The position numbers were made by a program, and so were the translations under genes. Shown here piece after piece: positions 1 to 9,629 of a DNA stretch of 56,921 nucleotides. This stretch comes from Gammaproteobacteria bacterium (lineage in GTDB: Bacteria > Pseudomonadota > Gammaproteobacteria > GCA-001735895), in contig JANTFI010000004.1 of NCBI GenBank assembly GCA_024763505.1, positions 1-56,921 on the forward strand, in the 5' to 3' direction. The notes beneath the pieces were generated by a model. The model had not been told where the DNA came from. It made no database searches and saw only the letters and a list, made by a program, of their open reading frames with translations. The stretch's first letter is position 1. Every line of letters starts with the position of its first letter.

Positions 1-2
1 CC

Positions 3-1409
3 AGCGGAGCCTGGTGGGAACTGGCACTGCCGGCCGTGGGAATCGCTCTTTTTGTGCTGGCTCGTATCGGATCACGTCACAATGACGAAATGCATGAAAA
101 AGTCATCAAGCTGGCGGATGAAATCTTTCATGGCCGGCTTGAATATCGTATTACCGGTATCCCCGAGAACAGTCGGTACACCGAAATCGCGTGGAAACTC
201 AACGAAGCACTAGACCAGATTGAAACCTTTATGCGTGAAGTCGAAAATGTCTTTCAGGCGACTTCGCGCAATGCGTTTTACCGCACCTGCCTTTCTCAGG
301 GTTTAAATGGCGGATTTGCCCGGGGCTTGCAGCAGTTTGACAAATCAGTTGGACTAAGCGAACAGGGATTCTGGCAAGGTCGCATCGATGAACTCTATTT
401 TCAACTGGGCATTTTGAAAACCGAAAACCTGCTCAATAATCTGTCGCGCAGCCAGCGCGACTTGAATACCATTTCGGATGAAATGCTCAAAATCGAATCG
501 ATCTCCAGCACCACGGCAGACAATGCCACCAGCAGTCTGGGCAATGTGCGGTCGTTGATCAACGACCTGACTTTGCTGGTCGAGCAATCTACGCGCATGC
601 GCGACAGTTCTCAAAATCTGTCCCAAAACAGCACACTGATTTCTGAAATGGTCACGACCATTTCCAATGTGGCAGACCAGACCAATCTGCTGGCACTCAA
701 TGCTGCAATCGAAGCCGCCCGGGCGGGCGAGCATGGACGCGGCTTTGCGGTGGTCGCCGATGAAGTCAAGAATCTCGCCTCCACAACCAAGAAAGCCGCC
801 GCAGAAATCAATGACATCATGCAAAAGTTTGTCGATTCGACTGAAGTCATGGTACAGGATGCAGTCGATATGGCCGACCGAACAGAGAAATCAAAAACGA
901 CCATCGGGGAATTCCAGAGCAATTTTGAACAAACCGCCCATGACTCACAGCAAGCTCATAACAAGGTGAGCTATGTACAAGTCATATGCCAGACAGCCCT
1001 GACCAAGATCGATCATCTGATCTATATGCAGCGAGCCTACCATGCTGCCGAATCCAAAAAACCGGACGAAAAGCAGATGCAAGCGATTCAGGTCGATGCC
1101 CATCACTGCCGCTTTGGCAAATGGTATGACAGCGGCGATGGCCATGAAATATATCGCCATTTACCCAGTTACAAAGCGATCAAGCAACCGCATCACAGCG
1201 TTCACACGCATGTCCATCGAGTGCTCGAAATCCTGCATCAGGACTGGCAGCGCAACCCGCAATTACATGACGCCATGCTGGCGGAATTTCGCTCGGCCGA
1301 ACAATCCAGCGGAGAATTGACAATATTGGTCGAAAAACTGGCCGATGAAAAAATGAGTATCGAAGGCTATGCCGAAGAGGGCGCGGAAACCGAAATCGAA
1401 ATGTTTTAA
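3..1409 (+). CDS. Methyl-accepting chemotaxis protein with C-terminal CZB (chemoreceptor zinc-binding) domain; 5' partial
   Basis: MCP hairpin motif [37 protein letters not shown]; CZB-type KIDH...HHCRFGKWY...HHSVH. The frame is open back to base 3 ([20 protein letters not shown], a TM helix), so the true start lies upstream of the window. Confidence 0.9.
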   Translation, partial: SGAWWELALPAVGIALFVLARIGSRHNDEMHEKVIKLADEIFHGRLEYRITGIPENSRYTEIAWKLNEALDQIETFMREVENVFQATSRNAFYRTCLSQGLNGGFARGLQQFDKSVGLSEQGFWQGRIDELYFQLGILKTENLLNNLSRSQRDLNTISDEMLKIESISSTTADNATSSLGNVRSLINDLTLLVEQSTRMRDSSQNLSQNSTLISEMVTTISNVADQTNLLALNAAIEAARAGEHGRGFAVVADEVKNLASTTKKAAAEINDIMQKFVDSTEVMVQDAVDMADRTEKSKTTIGEFQSNFEQTAHDSQQAHNKVSYVQVICQTALTKIDHLIYMQRAYHAAESKKPDEKQMQAIQVDAHHCRFGKWYDSGDGHEIYRHLPSYKAIKQPHHSVHTHVHRVLEILHQDWQRNPQLHDAMLAEFRSAEQSSGELTILVEKLADEKMSIEGYAEEGAETEIEMF

Positions 1410-1425
1410 CTTACTCGGCTCAATA

Positions 1426-1467
1426 CAGGCAAAAAAAATCCCCGGCCAGCGGGGATTTTTTGGCCTG
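1426..1467. terminator. Bidirectional rho-independent terminator
   Basis: CAGGCAAAAAAAATCCCCG-gccag-CGGGGATTTTTTGGCCTG: GC stem with A/T tracts on both sides, between convergent MCP and mrp. Confidence 0.85.
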
Positions 1468-1480
1468 AGAAGAAAGATCC

Positions 1481-2569
1481 TCAGTTATTTTGAATCACAA
1501 TGCTCGGGAAGGCCGCAGAGTGGTCCTTCGCCTTGGTCGCCAGCTTGGCCGCGGTCTTGCGCGCGATTTCGCGATAGATCTCGCTGACCTTGCTATCCGG
1601 CATCGCTGCCACGGTCGGGTTACCGCTGTCGGCCTGTTCACGAATCTTGATATCCAGCGGTAAAGCGCCGAGGAAATCGACATCGTAATCCTTCGCCATG
1701 GTCTGACCGCCGCCTTCACCGAAGATGTGCTCGGCATGACCGCATTCGCTACAGATATGGATCGACATATTTTCGACCACACCCAGTACCGGTACCTCGA
1801 CCTTTTCGAACATCTTCAAGCCCTTGCGTGCATCCAGCAACGCGATGTCTTGCGGAGTGGTGACGATGACCGCGCCGGAAACCGGAATCTTTTGCGCCAG
1901 CGTCAGTTGGGTGTCACCGGTGCCCGGCGGTAGATCGATGACCATGTAGTCGACATCTTTCCAGTTGGTGTCATTGAGCAATTGCTCCAGCGCCTGGGTC
2001 ACCATCGGGCCGCGCCAGATCATCGGGGTGTCTTCTTCCACCAGGTAGCCGATCGACATGGATTGAATGCCGTGGCCGACCATTGGCTCCAGACTCTTGC
2101 CATCGACCGATTCGGGCTGACCGGAACAACCCAGCATGCGTGGCATACTCGGGCCATAGATATCCGCATCGAGGATACCGACGGTTGCGCCTTCGGCTTG
2201 CAGCGCCAGCGCCAGATTGACTGCAGTGGTCGATTTACCGACCCCGCCCTTACCGGACGCAACGGCGATAATATTCTTGATGCCTTCCTGCGGTTTCAGG
2301 TTTTGCTGCACCGCGTGGGAAACAATCTTGCTGGAAATCTTGACTTCGACCGATTCGACGCCATCCAGCGCACTGACCGCCTCAATAATCTGCTTTTTCA
2401 GCGTATCGAAATAACCCGCTGCCGGATAACCCAGCACGATGTTGATGCTGACCTTGCCGCCATCCACATCAATCGATTTGATCGATTTGGTAACCGCTAA
2501 ATCTCTTTCGGTATTGACATCGATAATGCCGCCAATGGCATCCTGGACTGCTTCTTTGGTAATAGACAT
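1481..2569 (-). CDS. mrp: Fe-S cluster carrier ATPase Mrp/ApbC
   Basis: Deviant Walker A VASGKGGVGKSTT, MIWRGPMV, IDLPPGTGD, C-terminal CSECGH; divergent from metG as in many gammaproteobacteria. Confidence 0.95.
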   Translation of the reverse strand: MSITKEAVQDAIGGIIDVNTERDLAVTKSIKSIDVDGGKVSINIVLGYPAAGYFDTLKKQIIEAVSALDGVESVEVKISSKIVSHAVQQNLKPQEGIKNIIAVASGKGGVGKSTTAVNLALALQAEGATVGILDADIYGPSMPRMLGCSGQPESVDGKSLEPMVGHGIQSMSIGYLVEEDTPMIWRGPMVTQALEQLLNDTNWKDVDYMVIDLPPGTGDTQLTLAQKIPVSGAVIVTTPQDIALLDARKGLKMFEKVEVPVLGVVENMSIHICSECGHAEHIFGEGGGQTMAKDYDVDFLGALPLDIKIREQADSGNPTVAAMPDSKVSEIYREIARKTAAKLATKAKDHSAAFPSIVIQNN

Positions 2570-2733
2570 AAAAAAGACCTTTTACGGATTATTTATTCAA
2601 ACGTTACATTTTACATTAGCCAAAGCTAATATTTAACCTTTAATTGAACGGGTATAGAGCCAGCGGTAAGTCAACGCTATACAGACGCCGACAGGACACA
2701 TAAAATAGCGCGTTTTACCCGCGATATCATTTC

Positions 2734-4767
2734 ATGAGCCCGAGTTCTTCACAACGCAAAATTGTTGTCACCAGCGCGCTACCCTATGCCAACGGGCCGA
2801 TTCATATCGGCCACATGGTCGAGTACACCCAGACCGACATATGGGTGCGCTTCCAGAAAATGCAAGGCCATGAATGTATCTATGTCTGCGCCGACGATGC
2901 CCACGGCACACCGATCATGCTCAGCGCGCAGGCTGCCGGCATCACGCCGCAGCAATTGATCGACCGGGTCAAGCAGGAACACGAGCAGGATTTCGCTGAT
3001 TTCGGTGTCGGTTTCGATAATTTCTACAGTACCCATTCTGAAGAAAACAAATACTTCGCGACGACCATTTACCAGCGGTTGCGCGACGGCGGTCATATCG
3101 CCACCCGCACCATTTCGCAAAGCTACGACCCGAAGGCGGAAATGTTTCTGCCCGACCGCTTCATCAAGGGCACTTGCCCGAACTGTGGCGCAGAAGATCA
3201 ATACGGCGACAATTGCGAAGTCTGCGGTGCCACCTACGACCCGACCGAGCTGAAAAATCCGCGCTCGGTGGTGACGGGTGAAACACCGATCGAAAAGGAT
3301 TCGGAACAGTATTTCTTCAAGCTCGGCGATTTTTCCGACATGCTCAAAGAGTGGACCCGCGCCGGCCACATCCAGAAAGAAATTGCCAACAAGATGGATG
3401 AATGGCTGGAAGATGGCTTGCGCGACTGGGATATTTCACGCAACGCACCCTACTGGGGTTTCGAAATTCCCGATGCGCCGGGCAAATATTTCTATGTGTG
3501 GATGGATGCGCCAATCGGTTATCTGGCCAGCTTCAAGAACTGGTGCGACAGGACCGGCCATGATTTCGATGAATACTGGAAGCCGGATTCCAAAGCCGAG
3601 CTGTATCACTTCATCGGCAAGGATATCGCGCGTTTTCACACCCTGTTCTTCCCGGCCATGCTGTACGGTGCCGGATTCCGTATGCCGACTGCGGTGTACT
3701 GTCACGGTTTTCTCACTGTCGATGGACAAAAAATGTCGAAATCGCGCGGAACGAACATCAAGGCGCGCACTTATCTCGATCACCTGAACCCGGAATATCT
3801 ACGCTATTATTTCGCCGCCAAACTCGGTTCCGGCATCGAAGATATCGATCTTAATCTGCACGATTTCATGTCGCGGGTGAATTCTGATCTGGTCGGCAAG
3901 GTGGTCAATATCGCCAGCCGCTGTGCCGGTTTTATCGTCAAGAAATTTGACGGCAAACTGAGCGACAGCGTTGCTGACAATAGCCTCAATGAAAAATTTC
4001 TGACCGCTGCCAAAACCATCGCCAAAGATTACGAAGACCGGGAATTCGCCAAAGCAATGCGCGAAATCATGGCGCTGGCCGATCTTGCCAATCAATACAT
4101 CGATGAACAGGAACCCTGGGTACGCATCAAGGATGAAGCGCAACAGCAAAACGTGCAGGACACCTGCAGCATCGGCATCAACTGTTTTCGCCAGTTGATC
4201 ATCCTGCTCAAGCCGGTGTTACCAAAACTGGCGGCGCAGGCCGAAACATTTCTGAATGTCGAGCCCTTGCGATGGGCCGACCTCGACAATCATTTGCTCG
4301 GGCATACCATCAATAAATTCAAGCCGCTGATGACGCGCATCGAACAGGACAAGATCGATGCCATCATCGAAGCCAGCAAGGAAGTGGCCGAACATAAACC
4401 GCAAGCGTCGCCTGCCGACAGCAATATCGAACCCATCGCCGATGAAATCAGTATCGATGATTTCGCCAAACTCGATCTACGCGTGGCACGCATCGTCGAA
4501 GCCAAAGCGGTAAAAAAAGCCGACAAACTGCTGCAACTGACGCTCGACATCGGTTGCGAGCAGCGCAATGTTTTCGCCGGCATCAAAGCGGCCTACGACC
4601 CGCAGGATTTGCAGGGAAAATTGACGGTGATGGTGGCTAACCTGGCGCCGCGCAAGATGCGTTTCGGTGTATCCGAAGGCATGGTGCTGGCGGCCGGACC
4701 AGGCGGTAAGGAAATCTATATTCTTTCGCCGGACGACGGCGCAAAACCAGGCATGCGTATCAAGTAA
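2734..4767 (+). CDS. metG: Methionine--tRNA ligase
   Basis: [15 protein letters not shown] (HIGH), zinc knuckle CPNC...CEVC, KMSKS, C-terminal tRNA-binding OB domain ([11 protein letters not shown]...[10 protein letters not shown]). Confidence 0.98.
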   Translation: MSPSSSQRKIVVTSALPYANGPIHIGHMVEYTQTDIWVRFQKMQGHECIYVCADDAHGTPIMLSAQAAGITPQQLIDRVKQEHEQDFADFGVGFDNFYSTHSEENKYFATTIYQRLRDGGHIATRTISQSYDPKAEMFLPDRFIKGTCPNCGAEDQYGDNCEVCGATYDPTELKNPRSVVTGETPIEKDSEQYFFKLGDFSDMLKEWTRAGHIQKEIANKMDEWLEDGLRDWDISRNAPYWGFEIPDAPGKYFYVWMDAPIGYLASFKNWCDRTGHDFDEYWKPDSKAELYHFIGKDIARFHTLFFPAMLYGAGFRMPTAVYCHGFLTVDGQKMSKSRGTNIKARTYLDHLNPEYLRYYFAAKLGSGIEDIDLNLHDFMSRVNSDLVGKVVNIASRCAGFIVKKFDGKLSDSVADNSLNEKFLTAAKTIAKDYEDREFAKAMREIMALADLANQYIDEQEPWVRIKDEAQQQNVQDTCSIGINCFRQLIILLKPVLPKLAAQAETFLNVEPLRWADLDNHLLGHTINKFKPLMTRIEQDKIDAIIEASKEVAEHKPQASPADSNIEPIADEISIDDFAKLDLRVARIVEAKAVKKADKLLQLTLDIGCEQRNVFAGIKAAYDPQDLQGKLTVMVANLAPRKMRFGVSEGMVLAAGPGGKEIYILSPDDGAKPGMRIK

Positions 4768-4787
4768 ACCAAAAACGGGACAGAGCC

Positions 4788-5063
4788 ATGAAAACCATAC
4801 TGGAACCGTATCTCGATCAGGAAATCGGCATCAACATCGACCGCCCGTTGCGTATTGATTCGGCCACGCTGAAGAAAGTATGCGACGACTGTTTTGCTGT
4901 GATGGATGAAAACAAGGGATACACCCATTACTTTCCCTACAGCAGTATTGTGCAAGTCATGGAACACTCGCAGGGCATCGATGTGGGTGGACTGTTCGAG
5001 CACAAGAAGCACTTCGTGCTGGTGATCAAGGTCGGACATATTCCGGAATTTACGCCAGTTTAA
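4788..5063 (+). CDS. Small hypothetical protein (91 aa)
   Basis: ATG preceded by purine-rich GGGACAGAG, 20 nt after the metG stop; beta-rich, protein-like composition; fills the gap between two genes. Confidence 0.7.
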   Translation: MKTILEPYLDQEIGINIDRPLRIDSATLKKVCDDCFAVMDENKGYTHYFPYSSIVQVMEHSQGIDVGGLFEHKKHFVLVIKVGHIPEFTPV

Positions 5064-5097
5064 CCGGACAGAGGTTCCTCGCTATTCCCGCCAACTC

Positions 5098-5820
5098 ATG
5101 AGCGATTCCTTCCGGCGCATCTTTCTGCTCAGCCATATGCGCGCCTACAGCAGCCTGTTCGGCCATATACTCGGCTCGCATCCCGATATCAATGGCTACT
5201 ATGAAATGCACCTTGGGTATCGGACTACGGCAGATCTGGCGCGACAACTGGCCCAGTATCGCGAGCAGGACCTGCTCAAACCCGACAGCCAGTTTCTGTT
5301 CGACAAGATTTTACACAATCAATATCCGCTCAATCTCGAACTGGCAGAATTACAGGATGCGATCATTCTGGTTTCGTTACGTCATCCGCAAGCCAGTATT
5401 CAAAGCATCGTTACACTATTTGCTCAAAAGCCCGGCGACCATGCCTACGCCACTCCGGTCGGCGCAACCGATTATTACTGCCAGCGGTTGAATCATCTAG
5501 CGGAATTCTGCCAGCAACATGCCCGGCGGTATTATTATTTCGATGCAGGAAATCTGGTTGAACAACCACAACCAACGCTGGACAGGATCAGCCAGTGGTT
5601 ACAACTGGCCATAACGCTCAAAACAGATTATCAAACCTTTGCCCGCACCGGACAGGCACGCGCCGGAGATTCCTCGGAAGCAATTCATCGCGGCCAGATC
5701 ATTTCCTCGAAACAACCGGCTGCTGAGCGGCAACTGGACGATACAGTGCACCAACAGGCGGACGAGCAATATCAGGCTGCGCGAACAGTCATCCGGCAAC
5801 ATGCCATAGACGCAATCTGA
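5098..5820 (+). CDS. Sulfotransferase-fold (P-loop) protein
   Basis: N-terminal IFLLSHMRAYSSLFGHILGSHPDINGYYE resembles the 5'-PSB R-S-G-S/T...HP..E region; SLRHPQASIQS resembles the 3'-PB motif. Confidence 0.65.
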   Translation: MSDSFRRIFLLSHMRAYSSLFGHILGSHPDINGYYEMHLGYRTTADLARQLAQYREQDLLKPDSQFLFDKILHNQYPLNLELAELQDAIILVSLRHPQASIQSIVTLFAQKPGDHAYATPVGATDYYCQRLNHLAEFCQQHARRYYYFDAGNLVEQPQPTLDRISQWLQLAITLKTDYQTFARTGQARAGDSSEAIHRGQIISSKQPAAERQLDDTVHQQADEQYQAARTVIRQHAIDAI

Positions 5821-5830
5821 AAGACGAACT

Positions 5831-5867
5831 CTGACAGACCTATTCTGACAGACCTATTCTGATAGAC
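5831..5867. repeat. Tandem repeat, 14-bp unit CTGACAGACCTATT (about 2.6 copies)
   Basis: ctgacagacctatt-ctgacagacctatt-ctgatagac read directly, in the gap between convergent genes. Confidence 0.9.
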
Positions 5868-5891
5868 GCTCTCTTACAACCGCGCTCTGGC

Positions 5892-7712
5892 TCAATTTCT
5901 GAAAGCACCAACCACCTGGTCCCAGGTTTCACGCTGTTGCGAGTAACCCTGCAATGCGCGACATAGCGCTTGCTTGCGCTGGCGGCGATGTTCGACATCT
6001 TCAATCAGTTGCCAGGCCACCGATTGTTCACCAAAATTGAAATCGATGTTTTCAATAAAGCGGCGGAATGCACCCACTATGGCATGTTTATCCGGTAGTC
6101 GATTCCACCAGTAAGCATCATCCTCGAAATAACCGGACAGCTTGCGATTTTGTCGCTCCACCGCTTGACGTTTTTCAGTGTAAATTTGCAATAATTCCTG
6201 CTCGATCTGATCCAGTGTTGACTGGATTTCCGAGGTGGAAAAATTCTTTCCATCCTCGCTTCCGGCGGCCAGTCTTTCTGCGCTGAAAAGCATCAAGTCA
6301 CCGAAAAACTGGCGCTCGAATTCATCCGATAAATCAATACGTTGTTTTTCAAAAAATACACCGGGGCGAAAGTCATCTTCGAGTTTTTCGGATTGTGTAC
6401 GCTGATGCAACATCGGCATATTGGCTGAGGCAAACTGTGGGCCGATCTCGGCCTGAATCAAACGGCCAGCGGTCGGACCAGACATCCGCAAGCGCAAATC
6501 ACCGAAAGGAATCACATATTTCAAGCCCTCAAAATTCGCCACATAGTTGCCCGGGTAGATAGTGCGCGCCGGCTGCAATCGATCGAAAGCAACGTCAAAA
6601 CGAAAGGTTGTTTTTCGGGTTAAATGTTCCCCAAAGAAAAAATTATTTAACCGCTCCGACAAATGTCTCAAACAGTCTGTCATATCATGTCTTCCAGCAA
6701 GCGGGCAGCAATATTCGACAGCATCCCCGGGGGGTTCGAAGCCAAACATTCTGGACAAGTCATGATACGCCGCATCGCCAATCGGCTGTGCCGGCAGCGT
6801 ATGAAAACAACAATCTTCATCGGGCTGCTGCTTGCTCAATCGGTGTAGAAAATGAAGCAAATCCTCGATGAAATTCTGCGCCATTACCGAGGGTGAAACC
6901 GGTGGATCTCCAACCAGTTTTCCGGTCAACAGACGAACCGGCAGCTGGCGAAAAATCCGGTCGATATAATAAAAATAATTGATTGCCGAAACCGGGCTAC
7001 CCTGCAAGCGGTTTTGCTGAAACAATTGATCACTGTCAACCAGAAAATACAGTGTGTTATCCGGATCGCCGGTCATCTTCAGCATCTTGAGATAACTCAG
7101 GTTGCGGTTCGCTGCCTGCCCCTTGCGGTAAAAACGCTCGCGCGGCTGATCGCTCAGAATCGAAGACAGATTTTCACGCCACTCCGGTTCGATCTGTTGC
7201 ATTAACTCATATTGTTCAGCCTGACCCAGATGTGTCACCGACAAGCCTTTTTCAGTAAAGCGCCTTGCAATCTCGATATCCTGTTGAATATTTTCCGGAT
7301 CTTGACTGTCTTCTGCTACCACCACCCGGATCTTTCCGAACACACCTTGACGTTTGCCGCCGTAAGAAAAAAGGGTACAGAGTTGATAAATACTTTGCAG
7401 ACAACTTTGCAAATGCTCGGGACGGTCAGCAATCGGAATGCTGAGGATAAAATCATTGCGACGGTCTTGGCTCTGCTGCGCAATCAAGGCTTCCTGCTCC
7501 CGGAACAGGCTTTGATAAACATCGATATCGGCATCGTCCCCATCCTTTTCCCAGATCAAAGCCTCCAGAGCCGGGTAAACGGCATCATACAGCGCGATCA
7601 CATTCCGGTCACAACTCGCCTGCTGAAACTGTCGGGACCATTCTTCCACTGCTCCGATACGCCCCCGGTATTCGTCAAGGAATCGATCCAGCTGCGAGGT
7701 TTTCCAACTCAT
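5892..7712 (-). CDS. Hypothetical protein with GT-A (glycosyltransferase family 2-like) fold
   Basis: FILSIPIADRPEHL (beta1), VVVAEDS, KGQAANRN and LYFLVDSDQ (DxD) in GT-A order; start overlaps the stop of the upstream ThDP gene by 4 nt (ATGA). Confidence 0.65.
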   Translation of the reverse strand: MSWKTSQLDRFLDEYRGRIGAVEEWSRQFQQASCDRNVIALYDAVYPALEALIWEKDGDDADIDVYQSLFREQEALIAQQSQDRRNDFILSIPIADRPEHLQSCLQSIYQLCTLFSYGGKRQGVFGKIRVVVAEDSQDPENIQQDIEIARRFTEKGLSVTHLGQAEQYELMQQIEPEWRENLSSILSDQPRERFYRKGQAANRNLSYLKMLKMTGDPDNTLYFLVDSDQLFQQNRLQGSPVSAINYFYYIDRIFRQLPVRLLTGKLVGDPPVSPSVMAQNFIEDLLHFLHRLSKQQPDEDCCFHTLPAQPIGDAAYHDLSRMFGFEPPGDAVEYCCPLAGRHDMTDCLRHLSERLNNFFFGEHLTRKTTFRFDVAFDRLQPARTIYPGNYVANFEGLKYVIPFGDLRLRMSGPTAGRLIQAEIGPQFASANMPMLHQRTQSEKLEDDFRPGVFFEKQRIDLSDEFERQFFGDLMLFSAERLAAGSEDGKNFSTSEIQSTLDQIEQELLQIYTEKRQAVERQNRKLSGYFEDDAYWWNRLPDKHAIVGAFRRFIENIDFNFGEQSVAWQLIEDVEHRRQRKQALCRALQGYSQQRETWDQVVGAFRN

Positions 7713-9382
7713 GAACGGTTGGAGGAATAATTCGGGTAGGCATCCTGATCGATGACGATTTCAATCAGATTGATATCGTGATGAAAATCCAGCGTATCAA
7801 ATACCGCTTTGCATTGTTCTTCGGCATCGATTCTGACATGCGTGATGCCGAAGGATTTTGCCAGCGCGGCATAGTCCGGGTTTTGAAAATCGCAATCGAT
7901 AAAACGCTGGTCATACAATTGATGCTGGTTTTTTCGAATCAGCCCCATGCTGTCATTATTAAACAATACCAAATTGAGCGGTCGCCGGTAATTGACTGCA
8001 GTCATGATTTCCATGCAACACATCTGGAAGCCTCCATCACCGATCAGGGCGAAAATCGGTTGATCGGTTTTGTAACTCGCCCCGATCGCTGCCGGAATCG
8101 CATGCCCCAGTGAAGATGCCCCGGTGTTGGGAAAAAATCGATCCCGGGTCGACACCCGGTAAAAATTTTGAGCGAAAATGATGTTGTCATCGAACAGCAG
8201 AATGCCTTCGTCAAAGTGTTTTTCCAGCCGGGCATAAAAGGCTTTCACCACATCAAACTGATGATTGAATACCGCCGAACCATCCTGATCTGCCTGCCGC
8301 TGCAATTGCTGCCGGAAGGCAGGAATATCTTCACAGTCTTTGGCTTCCAGCGGTTCCTCATCGAGCGCAGCATTCATTTGTGTCAAAAAGGTATCAATGT
8401 CCGAATGTATCGCGACATCGGCGCGATAGACCTTCTCCAGTTGATGCGAATTCTGGTCAACCTGAATGATCTTCCGGCGGGTGAGTAAATCCTTGTTCCA
8501 CACATAACTGGTTCTTTCATTAAACCCGGCACCCAGCATGATCAGCAAATCGGCCTGTTGCTGGATATAATGCAGCGCATGCCCCGAAGAAGTCACGCCG
8601 AGACTACCGAGGGAAAGCGAAGAATGTTCGTCTATGGCCCCTTTCGCTTTCATGCTGCTGGTGACCGGAATATTAAGCCGTTCACTGAATTGCGCAAGTG
8701 ATGCCTGTGCGCCGGATTGCAGGCATCCGAAACCGGCCACGATCACTGGTTTTTCCGCCTGCCGGATCAACGCAAGGCTTTGCCCGATCGCATCATCCGC
8801 AACCCGTAGCGGAAACCCCTGACGCTGACAAACCACCTGGTCGAGTACGGTTTCATCGACCATTTCCTTTTGTACATTATACGGAATGCTCAACACCACC
8901 GGCCCGGCAATATCGGCCAGCAAGTGCTTGCTCGCCTGATTCAGTACATTACCGATATAATCGGTGCGCTCTATCATCTTGTAATAATTGGTAACGCCGG
9001 AAAACAGCGCAGGTAGATTGACACTACCGCTTTCGCCGGAGCTTTCCTGCAAACCGCCCTTGCCGAAAATATGGGTTGGCGCTTCACCGGTGATGGCAAT
9101 CACCGGTTGCTTGTCGGCGTAGGCATTGGCAATGCCTGTGACCAGATTGGTAGCACCCGGGCCGGCAGTGGCGATGCAGGCACCAATACCCCCGCTGACC
9201 CGCGCATAGCCTCCAGCCATAAATGCCGCGCCCTGCTCATGTTTGGCCAGCACAGTGCGAATGTCCGAATCATACAAATCATCATAGACCGGCAGAATAT
9301 GCGCGCCCGGCATGCCGAAAATGGTATCGATGCCCAGACACTGCAGATAACGCACAATAAGTTCACTGACCTGTATTTTCAT
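7709..9382 (-). CDS. Thiamine diphosphate-dependent enzyme (acetolactate synthase-like superfamily)
   Basis: IFGMPGAHIL, KHEQGAAFMAGGYARVSG, TAGPGATN, and ThDP motif GDGGFQM...FNNDSMG. Likely start MKIQVSEL at 9382; the ORF track start at 9469 is a TTG extension. Confidence 0.9.
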   Translation of the reverse strand: MKIQVSELIVRYLQCLGIDTIFGMPGAHILPVYDDLYDSDIRTVLAKHEQGAAFMAGGYARVSGGIGACIATAGPGATNLVTGIANAYADKQPVIAITGEAPTHIFGKGGLQESSGESGSVNLPALFSGVTNYYKMIERTDYIGNVLNQASKHLLADIAGPVVLSIPYNVQKEMVDETVLDQVVCQRQGFPLRVADDAIGQSLALIRQAEKPVIVAGFGCLQSGAQASLAQFSERLNIPVTSSMKAKGAIDEHSSLSLGSLGVTSSGHALHYIQQQADLLIMLGAGFNERTSYVWNKDLLTRRKIIQVDQNSHQLEKVYRADVAIHSDIDTFLTQMNAALDEEPLEAKDCEDIPAFRQQLQRQADQDGSAVFNHQFDVVKAFYARLEKHFDEGILLFDDNIIFAQNFYRVSTRDRFFPNTGASSLGHAIPAAIGASYKTDQPIFALIGDGGFQMCCMEIMTAVNYRRPLNLVLFNNDSMGLIRKNQHQLYDQRFIDCDFQNPDYAALAKSFGITHVRIDAEEQCKAVFDTLDFHHDINLIEIVIDQDAYPNYSSNRS

Positions 9383-9629
9383 AGCGCTGACCGGGTGCGG
9401 AATCTGAACCGCGCAAGGAAGGTGGGGCAAAGGATATATTCTGGCGCTAGCGATTGAAACATTTTTCACCCCGGGACGGATTCAAAACCATTATGCCGTC
9501 ATAAACAAATCACCCGAGGGGTTTGACTCTGCCCCGGATCAGATGCAAACTGGTGCCAGCTGTAACTACATACCCGCAAGCCAGCCCGGGCAGTACTGGT
9601 GAATTCACTCCAACCAGGAGGAGCATCAC

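Noticed and set aside
7709-9382. Naming the ThDP enzyme ilvB/ilvI or xsc
   Set aside because: No ilvH/ilvC or pta/taurine genes adjacent, and the AHAS-specific segment is divergent; left at superfamily level.
9383-9629. TPP riboswitch upstream of the ThDP enzyme
   Set aside because: The conserved CTGAGA and GAACCTGA elements were not found on the minus strand; only a short GGGG/CCCC hairpin.
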